Source: Runella sp. (GTDB lineage Bacteria > Bacteroidota > Bacteroidia > Cytophagales > Spirosomataceae). Taken from it: a stretch of 64,000 nt of DNA. The notes below the pieces were generated by a model, which did no database searches, had not been told where the DNA came from, and saw only the letters and a program-made list of their open reading frames with translations. The stretch covers positions 6,328 through 70,327 of the forward strand of contig JBKBKL010000002.1 in NCBI GenBank assembly GCA_046294665.1, in the 5' to 3' direction. A program made the translations under genes and the position numbers. This document shows, piece by piece, positions 48,730-58,815 of the stretch; position 1 is the stretch's first letter; every line of letters begins with the position of its first letter.

Positions 48730-50454
48730 TCAAAACTCAACTCGTACCGTTTGGTCAGTCGCCAGTAGTTGAGTATCCGTTTTCTGAACAACCCACAGTT
48801 TGACTTGATAAGTCCCTTTTTCGATGATTCCCACTGGGCATTGCCCCCGAAAACCACTCTGAACGCTGCGAAAGGGGGCTAAATCATCACCTCCAAATAC
48901 ATAGCAGCGCGTGGTATCGTGCAGTATGACAAAGCACCCCTCTCGTTTCGATTTCTGAAAAGAGATAGTATCTTGACTGACGATGAGCGCATGAGGTAAA
49001 GACGCTACATTCACTTTTACTTTGGTCAGCCGTTGGGTAGCATCATTGACCCTTTGTAGCAGGGAGGCTTCGTCGGGGTGAATTAATGGGTTGGGTAAGT
49101 TGTAAAAACCTTTTCGAGAGGCACTGTCCAACGTACCGACGATGAATTGAGCAAAAGCCGAGCCTTTTTCAGCCCCCAGCCCTACGCTATTGTATTTTTG
49201 GTTGTAGGCCAAGGCCATACGCTGCTGGCGGTCTTGCTGTACTTGTGGTACAAAATACCAATACGACGAAGCCCACGAAAAGAAAGCCACCAGTCCGAAT
49301 ACTGTACAGGCTATTTTCTGCCATTTATTTTCCAAAATCTGTATCGTGAGCAAAACACAGATAGCCATCAGCGTAGCGGGGTAAATTTTGTAGGTGGCCC
49401 ACAGCACCAACTGGTAGTCGAAGCGAGTACGAAAAAACACCACCAACGCGCTGTTGATAAATAAATATATGAAACAACCTATCCAAAAAGCCGCAACATT
49501 GGGCCTAAGCGACTGAAAATAACCGATTTTTGAATAATATTTTTTAAGGCTTAGGGGTAAAAGTATTCGCCAACGCCCCGAAATACTCAATGCTCCCAAC
49601 ACATAATACACAAAAAAAGAAACAATAAATACCCCTCCCACCAAAGGCAAAAGCTGGCGTTTTTGGAACGAAATACGCGGAAACCAATCTAGCACCCCAC
49701 CCACAAACACAAAAAAACCACCGATGATTTGGAGGGGGTGCTGGAGAAAATAACGGAAGCCCTCGTCGTTGCCTTGTACGAAGGCATAGCCCCAGAAATA
49801 GCCCACGATAGCCCCTACTCCCAGCGTCAGCCAAATCGCAAGTCGTCGCCAATGCCCTAAGTACCCCAATACCAACACTCCCGTAGGCCAGACCATCATG
49901 CCATTGCCCATGCTGAAAGTACCCAATACCGCCACCATCACCGCCAACGCAAACGCCCAACGCTGCGGCTTAAGCATCAGATACAATGCCAAAAACACTT
50001 CAGCAATGATGAGTTGGTATTGCAGCGACATGATGGCCATGAAGGTCATGCTGTAATACTGCAAATGAAAAATCAAAAAGGCAGCCAAAACGAGTACAGC
50101 CAACGCACCCTTGTTTTTGAGGTAAGCGCGAGCTACGATGAAAAAGATAGCCAGTACCGAAAGATTGCCGATGAAATTGAGCAGCCGAAAGTTCATCTCA
50201 CCCGTCAATGTATAGGTCGCCCACGCTATGAGCCTTGCACTCAGCACACGGTGTTCGTTGTTGGGGCGGAGAAAGGCTTCAGCGTGCTCGTACCCATTTT
50301 GAGCATCAAGCAGCCGATTCAAAAAGTAAGGCAGGTTTTCGATGTCGTCGAACCACGGGATATTGAGGCTGTAAGCTACGCCAAAGCCATAGAAAATGAC
50401 AGTGGGCAACAAAATAAGGGCAAGAAGAAAGTTTTTAGAAAGAGGTTGTTTCAT
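48730..50454 (-). CDS. Polytopic membrane protein, putative GT-C glycosyltransferase
   Basis: NIPWFDD after TM1, NEHR motif, many TM segments, soluble C-terminal domain; adjacent to a GT2 gene. Confidence 0.6.
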   Translation of the reverse strand: MKQPLSKNFLLALILLPTVIFYGFGVAYSLNIPWFDDIENLPYFLNRLLDAQNGYEHAEAFLRPNNEHRVLSARLIAWATYTLTGEMNFRLLNFIGNLSVLAIFFIVARAYLKNKGALAVLVLAAFLIFHLQYYSMTFMAIMSLQYQLIIAEVFLALYLMLKPQRWAFALAVMVAVLGTFSMGNGMMVWPTGVLVLGYLGHWRRLAIWLTLGVGAIVGYFWGYAFVQGNDEGFRYFLQHPLQIIGGFFVFVGGVLDWFPRISFQKRQLLPLVGGVFIVSFFVYYVLGALSISGRWRILLPLSLKKYYSKIGYFQSLRPNVAAFWIGCFIYLFINSALVVFFRTRFDYQLVLWATYKIYPATLMAICVLLTIQILENKWQKIACTVFGLVAFFSWASSYWYFVPQVQQDRQQRMALAYNQKYNSVGLGAEKGSAFAQFIVGTLDSASRKGFYNLPNPLIHPDEASLLQRVNDATQRLTKVKVNVASLPHALIVSQDTISFQKSKREGCFVILHDTTRCYVFGGDDLAPFRSVQSGFRGQCPVGIIEKGTYQVKLWVVQKTDTQLLATDQTVRVEF

Positions 50455-50480
50455 AAATTTTGAAGGAGAAAGACCCCCAT

Positions 50481-51908
50481 TTATGGCTCTTTTTTATCTG
50501 ACAAAACCACCGCTTTTTTTCCAAAATACCCTCCCATACATTTGCTCCACCAATGCGCGGGGTTGGGGTTGGCATCGTCGAGAAAAAGCGACTGTGGGCG
50601 ATGTTTCAAAGGTGCTACATAGACCGTATCCCCAGGTGTAGCTTGTATGTAGGCGTAGCGTTGTTTGAGTTCGGTATCGTAAGCCGCAGCACGCCCTCGT
50701 AGCCAGTCGCCGTACAACATTCGAAAATTGGGACTCAACAAGGCCGTTATCAAAATAAGCAACGCCAACACTGCCTTGATGGAAGGAGGTAAATACCACT
50801 CTTGGGCATGAAGCCAGTTGTAGCAGAACGCCCGTTGTACCATGACGGCCACGACATAAAACCAGCCCAACAAAAAATACAAATACACCGAATTGATGAC
50901 TCTTGGGGCTGGCTCAATACCTATACCATAGTACGACGGAAACACTTGTACAAACAATACCCCCAAATAAGCCATGCCGGCCACCCATATCGGAGCAGCA
51001 AAATACTGTTGGCTATTTTCATGTTTTTTGAAAACCGCCGGCAAAATAGCGATCCAAAGAATCGTAAAGACGACCAATGGCGTTTGGGTAAGCCACCCAA
51101 AACTTAATTTTCCTATCAAAAATAGCGACTGTGTAGCCGAGAATAGGATATTTCGGCCCTCTGGATTGCCGCCGATACGCTGGGCATTGCCGGGCGAACT
51201 AAAGAATAGCACACAAGAAAATGCCGCTACCGCTACCAAAAACACCGCAAACCAATCCCAACGACGCTCTATCACCCACCGATAGCCCCACCAGCCGCCC
51301 ACCAGCAGTACCATGATGGTCAGGTTGGTTTCGCTGCACCCTATCACCGCAAACACCAAAAAGGCTGCCCAAATAGCGGTCAGATTTTTGAGCCTTCCGA
51401 TGGGGAGTTGATACCAGCGCATCATCACCACAATCCAGTAGAGTGTTAGAATATTGGGTATAGTGTAGGTAACGAAGGCCGCCATCCAGTAAAAAGCCTC
51501 TACCACACTCATCATCTTGAGTACATACAAAAACACAACCCCACCGACCAAGCCCAGCACAAATAGAGGACTTTGACGAGAGAAAATTTGCTTTAGAAGC
51601 AAAAAAGTACTTCCTACAAAACCCAAAACCAATACAAATGAAAGCCCCTTGAAGCCCCCGGCCCAACGAACGATAAGCGGGTTGGAGTGATTGAGCCAAA
51701 TACCAAAATACCGCCCCGTCCAGCCGGTGTAATAGTAGTTCATGGCCTCAAAATAGCCATACTTGAATACTGTATCTATATAGCAATAATCATCAACAGG
51801 CGAAGGGTGATTGTAAAAAGCCAAAGCCAACAAAGGCACTACCGCCAACACAAGCAGCCCTACGTTGAATAGGTTTTGGAAAACAGGTTTTTGAAGATTC
51901 TTGAGCAA
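50481..51908 (-). CDS. Polytopic membrane protein (DUF6056-like), putative GT-C glycosyltransferase
   Basis: HPSPVDDYCY, WTGRY, GCSET, SPGNAQR motifs; many TM segments. Confidence 0.65.
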   Translation of the reverse strand: MLKNLQKPVFQNLFNVGLLVLAVVPLLALAFYNHPSPVDDYCYIDTVFKYGYFEAMNYYYTGWTGRYFGIWLNHSNPLIVRWAGGFKGLSFVLVLGFVGSTFLLLKQIFSRQSPLFVLGLVGGVVFLYVLKMMSVVEAFYWMAAFVTYTIPNILTLYWIVVMMRWYQLPIGRLKNLTAIWAAFLVFAVIGCSETNLTIMVLLVGGWWGYRWVIERRWDWFAVFLVAVAAFSCVLFFSSPGNAQRIGGNPEGRNILFSATQSLFLIGKLSFGWLTQTPLVVFTILWIAILPAVFKKHENSQQYFAAPIWVAGMAYLGVLFVQVFPSYYGIGIEPAPRVINSVYLYFLLGWFYVVAVMVQRAFCYNWLHAQEWYLPPSIKAVLALLILITALLSPNFRMLYGDWLRGRAAAYDTELKQRYAYIQATPGDTVYVAPLKHRPQSLFLDDANPNPAHWWSKCMGGYFGKKAVVLSDKKEP

Positions 51909-51951
51909 TGTTTCTAAAAGATAGTTGATGTATGATGTATGATGTAGGGGG

Positions 51952-52905
51952 TTAGGACTGACCTATTACCTCCTCGATGATGTAGCGCGGGCGGCCTTTT
52001 ACTTCTTCGTATATTTTGCCTATATACTCGCCTATCAATCCAAGTGCTATCATGTTGGCTCCACTAAAAAACGTCATCGGTAGTACTATCGAAGTCCAAC
52101 CCGCTACGGTACTTCCAAACAAATACGAAATGGCAACATACAACGCTATACCGATAGCTATCAGAAAATTGAACAGGCCAAAATAAAGTACCAAACGCAT
52201 CGGAAATGTACTAAACGCCGTGATGCCATTCCAGGCAAAGAGCAGCATTTTTCGGAGGGGGTATTTGGTTTGACCCGCCTCACGTTCAAGGCGTTTGTAG
52301 AAAACCTTTTCGGAGCGGAAGCCAATGAGCGGTATCACGCCACGTAAGAAAAGATTGACTTCTTTGAAATGCGAAAACTCCTGCAAAATTCGTCGGTCCA
52401 TCAATCGAAAATCAGCATGATTGAACACGACGGGTACATTCATGGCGTGCATCAGTTTGTAGAAACTTTCGGCAGTAGTACGCTTAAACCACGAGTCCGT
52501 ACTGCGGTCGTCGCGGACTCCATAGACTATTTTGGCTCCCTGACGGTACTGTTCGAGCATTTGTTCGATCGCCTCTACATCATCTTGCAGATCGGCATCT
52601 ATCGTGATGAAGCAGTCGAAGTCGTTGAGATGGTGCATGAGTCCAGCCAAAATCGCGCTCTGATGGCCAAAGTTACGCGAGAGTTTGAGGCCGATAGCTA
52701 CGGCATCTTCTCTACAAATCTGTTCAATCAACGCCCAAGTACGGTCGCGGCTACCGTCGTTTACATAACAAATCTTACTGTTTTTGTCCAAACGATTGTT
52801 GTTGATGAGCCTTTGGCAAAAAGCACCAAGTACCGTATGTGTTTTTGTAAGGATGTCCTCTTCGTTGTAGCAAGGCACTACCAACAACAGCTTGGGTGAA
52901 AACAT
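51952..52905 (-). CDS. GT2 bactoprenol glycosyltransferase (GtrB-like), copy 2
   Basis: PCYNEE, VNDGSRD, SRNFGHQ, IDADLQDD, NHADFRL, GEYIGKIYEEVKGRPRY. Confidence 0.93.
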   Translation of the reverse strand: MFSPKLLLVVPCYNEEDILTKTHTVLGAFCQRLINNNRLDKNSKICYVNDGSRDRTWALIEQICREDAVAIGLKLSRNFGHQSAILAGLMHHLNDFDCFITIDADLQDDVEAIEQMLEQYRQGAKIVYGVRDDRSTDSWFKRTTAESFYKLMHAMNVPVVFNHADFRLMDRRILQEFSHFKEVNLFLRGVIPLIGFRSEKVFYKRLEREAGQTKYPLRKMLLFAWNGITAFSTFPMRLVLYFGLFNFLIAIGIALYVAISYLFGSTVAGWTSIVLPMTFFSGANMIALGLIGEYIGKIYEEVKGRPRYIIEEVIGQS

Positions 52906-53081
52906 TGACGATTGGGCTTTAAAGTAAAATTAATATTACTGGGCAAAATTAAAGACTTTTATTCTAAAAAAATTTCTATGTTTTCAACGTGATTTTAACT
53001 TATTGAAAAACAGTCTTTTTACGAAAAGGGGTATTGCATTATTCAGAAAAAAATATTTTTTTTGAGATACTTTGATTAGTT

Positions 53082-53097
53082 TGGCACGTCTATTGTA
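53082..53097 (+). promoter_or_regulatory. Sigma-54 -24/-12-like site upstream of rpoN
   Basis: TGGCACG-TCTA-TTGTA against consensus TGGCACG-N4-TTGC(A/T); one mismatch, 65 bp before the ATG. Confidence 0.6.
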
Positions 53098-53162
53098 AGA
53101 GGACTGATTGATAAATTTGTACCTACCCAAAACCGCATGATGAACCTCTAACATTCTACACA

Positions 53163-54617
53163 ATGCAAAAACTGAGCCTCAACCAGACGTTACAGCAGAA
53201 GCTATCGCCGCAGCAGATACAATTTATCAAGTTGTTGCAGATTCCAACGGCTGAACTGGCAGCGCGTATTGAAGTAGAAATGGAAATCAACCCAGCGTTG
53301 GAGCAGGGATTAGACGAGGAACTGACCCCCAAAGAAGACCTTCATGAAGATTCAGACGACGATTACGACGATACTTATGACCAAAATAGCGACATCAGCT
53401 TAGACGACTACCTCCATCGTGATGAGTACGCTGGCTACAAAATGCACAGCGACGGTCAATATGAAGATGATGATCGTGATATGCCCATTGCTACTATGTT
53501 TACGCTTCAAGATGTACTCATGCAGCAGTTTGGCTTTTTGAAACTCAACGACCGGCAGATGATCATCGGACTACATTTATTGGGGAGTATCGAAAACGAC
53601 GGCTACATTCGTCGTTCACTACAGGCAATCGGCCATGATTTGGCCTTTTCGCAAGGGTTTTATACGACGGTCGAAGAAATAGAGGTCGTGCTGAAAAAAA
53701 TTCAAACCTTCGACCCACCCGGCATAGGAGCGCGAAACCTCCAAGAATGTTTGCTGCTCCAACTCGAACGCAAAGACCCCACTGATTCGCTCGTAGGGTA
53801 TGCTATCAAAGTCGTAGAGGAATATTTCGATGAATTTTCAAAAAAGCACTATGACAAAATCCAAAAACGACTCGGACTCAACGATCAGTGTATGAAGCGT
53901 GTCATTACCCTCATCACCAAGCTGAATCCTAAACCCGGCTCGGTAGAAGGGGAAGACGGCTTGGCGCAGTATTTGATGCCCGACTTTTGGATAAGTAATA
54001 ACAACGGCAAACTCGAAGTCCATCTCAATGCCAAAAATGCCCCAGAGTTACGAATCAGCAGGACTTTTGCCGAAATGCTGGACACCTACGACAAGAGTGA
54101 TAAAACCAACCGCTATATTCGCGAAACCGTAACCTTTGTCAAACAAAAACTTGATGCCGCCAAATGGTTCATAGATGCCATCAAGCAGCGGCAAAATACC
54201 CTCCAGCGTACTATGAATGCAATACTGGAGTATCAGTATGAGTTTTTTCTCGAAGGCGACGAAACTCGCCTCAAGCCCATGATTCTCAAGGATATTGCCA
54301 CACGTATCGAAATGGACGTTTCGACGGTATCGAGGGTGGCCAATAGCAAAGCGGTACAAACAGAATTTGGAATTTATCCCCTCAAGTATTTCTTCTCCGA
54401 AGGAATCTCGACCGAATACGGCGAAGATGCCAGCAGCCGCGAAGTGAAGTCTATCCTTAAAGAACTCATCGAAGCAGAGCCTAAAGGCAATCCTCTCTCC
54501 GACGACAAACTCGAAAAACTTCTCAACGACCGAGGCTACAACATAGCCCGCCGTACGGTAGCCAAATACCGCGAGCAACTCAATATCCCAGTCGCAAGAC
54601 TTCGTAAGCGGCTTTAA
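53163..54617 (+). CDS. rpoN: RNA polymerase sigma-54 factor
   Basis: QQKLSPQQIQFIKLLQ region I, GARNLQECL, DVSTVSR HTH, RpoN box ARRTVAKYRE. Confidence 0.97.
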   Translation: MQKLSLNQTLQQKLSPQQIQFIKLLQIPTAELAARIEVEMEINPALEQGLDEELTPKEDLHEDSDDDYDDTYDQNSDISLDDYLHRDEYAGYKMHSDGQYEDDDRDMPIATMFTLQDVLMQQFGFLKLNDRQMIIGLHLLGSIENDGYIRRSLQAIGHDLAFSQGFYTTVEEIEVVLKKIQTFDPPGIGARNLQECLLLQLERKDPTDSLVGYAIKVVEEYFDEFSKKHYDKIQKRLGLNDQCMKRVITLITKLNPKPGSVEGEDGLAQYLMPDFWISNNNGKLEVHLNAKNAPELRISRTFAEMLDTYDKSDKTNRYIRETVTFVKQKLDAAKWFIDAIKQRQNTLQRTMNAILEYQYEFFLEGDETRLKPMILKDIATRIEMDVSTVSRVANSKAVQTEFGIYPLKYFFSEGISTEYGEDASSREVKSILKELIEAEPKGNPLSDDKLEKLLNDRGYNIARRTVAKYREQLNIPVARLRKRL

Positions 54618-54689
54618 ATCAAATATTTATACTTCTTTTCTATTTCTTTCAGATGTGGCTTATGGCTCATTGTTGAGATTGATGTATTT

Positions 54690-55373
54690 TTGCAGCGTTG
54701 GCTTTTTTCTCTTACTGCAAATCTACTTTCGCCCTTGAATACCCGCCTTGCCCAAATCATTTCCTTTGTGTTTCACCCCCTTCTTATGCCCACATTAGTA
54801 CTGGGTTTGTTGTTTTTCATTACACCTCATGCAGTAGGAGTAGATGTATTTTCGGACACTACCCGCCTTATGCTACTGGGGTTTGTGAGCATGATTACTT
54901 TCGTGGTGCCGAGTCTGTGCATCTATTACTTATACCGAGGTGGATATATCAGAACTTTACAAATGGACAGCCTTCCCGACCGTCGTTTGCCTTATTTGCT
55001 GGTTACGTTGCTTTATGGAAGTGCCGCCTATTTTTTTGGAAAACGTTTGGGGGCTTTGTCAGAAATAGCTCCCCAGATAGGTATTATTCTGGGAAGCATT
55101 GCATGTTCGATTGCATTGGTGGCCGTCATAAGCTGGCATTGGAAAATCAGCGCGCATAGCGTAGGCACTGGCGGAAGTATAGGTATGGTGGCTGGTATCA
55201 TTATCAAACTTGGACAGCCACAACTTTTCCATTCTCTTTTGTGGTTAATCTTGGCTTCAGGCTGGGTCGCAGGGGCACGCTTACAGCTTGGAGCGCATAC
55301 TCCATTGCAGATTTGGACGGGATTGCTCTTGGGATTTTGTGTCAGTATTGTTACCGTCTGGTTTTTTCTCTAA
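54690..55373 (+). CDS. PAP2-like integral membrane protein
   Basis: FHPLLMP, WKISAH, ARLQLGAHT; multiple TM segments. Confidence 0.7.
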   Translation: MQRWLFSLTANLLSPLNTRLAQIISFVFHPLLMPTLVLGLLFFITPHAVGVDVFSDTTRLMLLGFVSMITFVVPSLCIYYLYRGGYIRTLQMDSLPDRRLPYLLVTLLYGSAAYFFGKRLGALSEIAPQIGIILGSIACSIALVAVISWHWKISAHSVGTGGSIGMVAGIIIKLGQPQLFHSLLWLILASGWVAGARLQLGAHTPLQIWTGLLLGFCVSIVTVWFFL

Positions 55374-55408
55374 CTTAGCCCCTTTATTTTTTACTTCATC
55401 AATATTTT

Positions 55409-56188
55409 ATGTACCAGCATCTTCTTATCGAAACCTACGATGGCGTAGCCCAAATCACCCTCAACCGCCCCGAAGTCTATAACGCCCTCAACACTACACT
55501 ATTGCAAGAAATCACTACTTCTATCGAAGACATTGCCCAAAAACCTACCATACGGGTAGTTGTAATAACAGGCGCAGGCGACAAAGCCTTTTGCTCTGGG
55601 GCAGACCTCAAAGAAGGTATGAGAAATGGTACGGGGTTAGGTGAATCATTGCGTCAAAACTACAATCCAATGATTTTGGCTATACGAAATTTACCCAAAC
55701 CTGTCATTTGTAAACTCAATGGCTTGGCGGCAGGCGCAGGCTGCTCGCTGGCTTTGGCTTGCGATCTGGTCATTGCCAAAGAAGATGCCTATTTATGTCA
55801 GATTTTTGTCAATATCGGCCTTATGCCCGATGCGGGTTCTACTTTTTTCTTGCCGAGGTTGGTCGGAATGCAGCGGGCTTTCGAGATAGCCAGTACAGGG
55901 CGCAAAGTCTATGCACCCGAAGCTATGCAACTGGGTCTGATTCACAAATCTGTTCGTTCTTATGATCTTGACTTGGAAGTAGCAGAGGTAGTCAATTACT
56001 ATAAAAACGCTCCCACAGCAGCCATAGGTGCTATGAAACAAATAATGAATCAATCTTTGTTCAGCAACTTACCTCAAATGCTCGAACTCGAAGCCGCTGC
56101 CCAAAATCAATTGGGACAAACGCACGATGCTGCCGAAGGAATCATGGCCTTTTTACAAAAACGCAAAGCCGTCTATCGTGGCAAATAA
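55409..56188 (+). CDS. Enoyl-CoA hydratase/isomerase (PaaG-like)
   Basis: LNRPEVYNAL, AFCSGADL, AAGAGCSLALACD, GLMPDAG. Confidence 0.92.
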   Translation: MYQHLLIETYDGVAQITLNRPEVYNALNTTLLQEITTSIEDIAQKPTIRVVVITGAGDKAFCSGADLKEGMRNGTGLGESLRQNYNPMILAIRNLPKPVICKLNGLAAGAGCSLALACDLVIAKEDAYLCQIFVNIGLMPDAGSTFFLPRLVGMQRAFEIASTGRKVYAPEAMQLGLIHKSVRSYDLDLEVAEVVNYYKNAPTAAIGAMKQIMNQSLFSNLPQMLELEAAAQNQLGQTHDAAEGIMAFLQKRKAVYRGK

Positions 56189-56489
56189 ACCACCGCTCGT
56201 ACGTATCGTCAGAATGACTTTTTTGCCCGAAAAAATCGAGGACTTTTTGGCTATTTTTGAAGCCTCCAAACATAAAATCAGAGATTTTGATGGCTGCCAA
56301 CACCTCGAACTGCTACGTGATGAAAGCCTACCGAATGTATTCATCACCTATAGCCTTTGGGAAAATGCCGACGCACTCGACACCTACCGCCAGTCTGCCC
56401 TATTCAAAGAAACTTGGGCCAAAACAAAAGTACTTTTTGCCGACAAACCAATGGCCTTTTCGGCGGTGCCTCTGGGGGTAGTCGGCTGA
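56178..56489 (+). CDS. Antibiotic biosynthesis monooxygenase-domain protein
   Basis: LVRIVRMTF, IRDFDGCQHLEL, TYSLWE, YRQSALF. Start uncertain (GTG 56178). Confidence 0.8.
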   Translation: MANKPPLVRIVRMTFLPEKIEDFLAIFEASKHKIRDFDGCQHLELLRDESLPNVFITYSLWENADALDTYRQSALFKETWAKTKVLFADKPMAFSAVPLGVVG

Positions 56490-56523
56490 TAGCAACTGAC
56501 AAGTACGGATTGCTTCCCCTTCG

Positions 56524-57360
56524 TTATTTCGCTGCTGGTATCTCAGACAAATCCACCCGTTTTTTGTCTTTATTCCAAAACAAACGGTATTTTTTGTCGG
56601 CATCAATGCGGTACTCTTCGGTTACTTTGTCGAGGGTACTTACACGCAGATAGACTTGATTGTCGGCCAGTTTGAACTCGGCTTTCTTTTTGGAAGGTAG
56701 AAAAAACGCCTGCCAGTTGGTACGGTCGCCGCTGATTTCGTAAGCGATTTCGTCGGTGAGTTCGTTTTGAATCGAATAAGGGAAGCGGTCATTGATAGGG
56801 TCTTCTGCTACGTCGGCCAATGCCGCCACTTCTACTTTGATGGTTGCTACTTTGCCTTTTTCGCGGGCTTTGGCAGCGATAAAAATCTCTTGTCCTCTAC
56901 AAGCACTACTCAACATTCCTACGGTGCTTTGGGTATTTTCTATTTTCTGACAAGGCGACACCTCCTTGCCACTGTCAAACTGCTCAGCGACTGTACGGTC
57001 GTTGAAAATATATACATCAATATCAGCGTTGCCGTTGGGTTCGAGTAGATAAGGGGTAAAATCAAAACCCGCCTTCGCAATAGCCTCTGGATTGACTGTT
57101 CGTAGCGATTTATAGAGGGTTTCCCAAGTGTTTACCTTGTCGCGGTTATAGACCGTAACACGATAAAACACCGCTGCTGTCGCTTTGGGAAGTATTATTT
57201 TCACCGCCTTATTTTTGGCCAATAGTTGATTGACCTTGGAAGGCGGACGCAGATAAATGTAATCAACAATGACTTCTTGCAAGGCTTTTTGCTGTGCAAA
57301 GACTGTATTTTGATAAATCAAAATAGGCAGGGATAGACTCAATAGAAATATTTTTTTCAT
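56524..57360 (-). CDS. Secreted hypothetical protein
   Basis: Signal peptide MKKIFLLSLSL...VFA-QQ; no motif recognised. Confidence 0.7.
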   Translation of the reverse strand: MKKIFLLSLSLPILIYQNTVFAQQKALQEVIVDYIYLRPPSKVNQLLAKNKAVKIILPKATAAVFYRVTVYNRDKVNTWETLYKSLRTVNPEAIAKAGFDFTPYLLEPNGNADIDVYIFNDRTVAEQFDSGKEVSPCQKIENTQSTVGMLSSACRGQEIFIAAKAREKGKVATIKVEVAALADVAEDPINDRFPYSIQNELTDEIAYEISGDRTNWQAFFLPSKKKAEFKLADNQVYLRVSTLDKVTEEYRIDADKKYRLFWNKDKKRVDLSEIPAAK

Positions 57361-57456
57361 AAAAACCCTATTTTTAAACTCTTTCAAAACGTCAAGGTCG
57401 GCATTTTATTTCTACAACCGAATTGCATAAAGGCTTTGATTGTTAGTTTTTATTTA

Positions 57457-58327
57457 GATTATGTTTAAAAATTAAATTTGGTAACTACTCCAAACGGTTT
57501 AAGATAATTTGGCAATTAGTCCATAGAATCCACGCTTCGGCACTTTCAACTGTTTTCTCATAGTCTTTTGAGTGCCTTCGAAAGAAATTGAACCACCCAA
57601 AAGTACGTTCGTTGACCCATCTCCATTTAATTGGTACAAAGCCTTTTTCAGTGGGAGGTTTTGAGGCAAATTCTATCTCTAAACCTATAATATTTTCGCT
57701 AACCCAATCATAAAACACCTTTTTGTAGGCATCATCTACGAGGATTTTCTTCATTCTTTCTAAATAGCCTAAACAATGCTCCACCAGTAGGTGAGCTTTA
57801 ACTCCATCGTGAATATCTGCTGCATGAACAACAACACCCCAAATCAGCCCAAGTGTATCTACAATCAGATGCCTCTTACGTCCATTGATAAGTTTATTAC
57901 CATCAATGCCCTTGTCTTTATTTATAAATTGAACTGACTTAACTGACTGACTATCAATACATAAAAGACTTGGTGTTTCTTCTTTACCTTGCCTTTTTCT
58001 CTCTATTTTATTCAACTCAGAGTTTAGACGCTCTAATGTCCCATCACTTTTCCATCTCCGAAAATAATAATATACGCTTCGCCAAGGTGGATATTTTTTA
58101 TCTAAATTTCGCCACTGAATACCTGTTCTTTGTATCCATAATATCGCATTAATAATCGCCCTAAGCTCATATTTACGCTTTCTTTGGTCATTTAGAATTT
58201 TTGCTATAATTTCATAGCGGGAATCAGACAAGTCTTCAAAACAGATTTGCATATCTTCTAAATTGGTCGTTTAAAAGATAACATTCTGATTCCTTTTTTT
58301 ATCCCATTCTAATTTTTAAACATACTC
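57457..58327 (-). mobile_element. Intact IS5-family insertion sequence (IS1031-like), 871 bp
   Basis: 18-bp terminal IRs GATTATGTTTAAAAATTA (57457-57474) and TAATTTTTAAACATACTC (58310-58327), 17/18 match; TTA duplicated at 57454-57456 and 58328-58330. Confidence 0.9.
57485..58252 (-). CDS. IS5-family transposase
   Basis: RTGIQWRNL..YPPWRSVYYYFRRW, IDSQSVK, GRKRHLIVDTLG, VDDAY, RWVNERTFGW..RHSKDYE. Confidence 0.95.
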   Translation of the reverse strand: MQICFEDLSDSRYEIIAKILNDQRKRKYELRAIINAILWIQRTGIQWRNLDKKYPPWRSVYYYFRRWKSDGTLERLNSELNKIERKRQGKEETPSLLCIDSQSVKSVQFINKDKGIDGNKLINGRKRHLIVDTLGLIWGVVVHAADIHDGVKAHLLVEHCLGYLERMKKILVDDAYKKVFYDWVSENIIGLEIEFASKPPTEKGFVPIKWRWVNERTFGWFNFFRRHSKDYEKTVESAEAWILWTNCQIILNRLE

Positions 58328-58472
58328 TTACTGATTTGTGTAATACCATGATTTGTCACATATTTTTAACAAAAAAGATAACATCATTAAACAAGCCTGT
58401 CGTCTATTTATCGTTTGTTATTGTCAAGTGGGTTCCTTGTTAAGAGTTTAAACAGCCACCAAAACGGCTTGA

Positions 58473-58812
58473 AGCCTTGAAATTAAAATCACGAGGCGCA
58501 GCCTCGCGCTATCGGTGGGTAGTTTCAACTCTTGCCATAGGGAGGCTATCCTGTCTATTTTGAAAGCAATAGAACTGTATGAGAATTTCGTTTACTGTTG
58601 TATTTTACCCTATGAGGGGTTGAATATCGGTAGTTGAATGAATTGTGCTTGACTACGCTGCGCCGTAGGTGCTAAACAGACATCAGAACAGTTTGAAGCC
58701 TTGAAATTAAAATCACGAGGCGCAGCCTCGCGCTATCGGTGTGCTAAACAGCCACCAGAACAGCTCGTAGCCTTGAAATTAAAATCACGAGGCGCAGCCT
58801 CGCGCTATCGGT
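58473..58812. repeat. Three identical 44-bp repeats within ~72-bp units, REP-like
   Basis: AGCCTTGAAATTAAAATCACGAGGCGCAGCCTCGCGCTATCGGT at 58473, 58697 and 58769; hairpin CGAGGC-gca-GCCTCG. Confidence 0.9.
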
Positions 58813-58815
58813 TTA

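Noticed and set aside
51926-51946. (TGATGTA)3 short repeat between glycosylation genes
   Set aside because: Too short and intergenic to support a functional claim.
58473-58812. Possible CRISPR array (44-bp identical repeats)
   Set aside because: The 28-bp segments before each repeat resemble each other, spacing is irregular (224 and 72 bp) and no cas gene is in the window.
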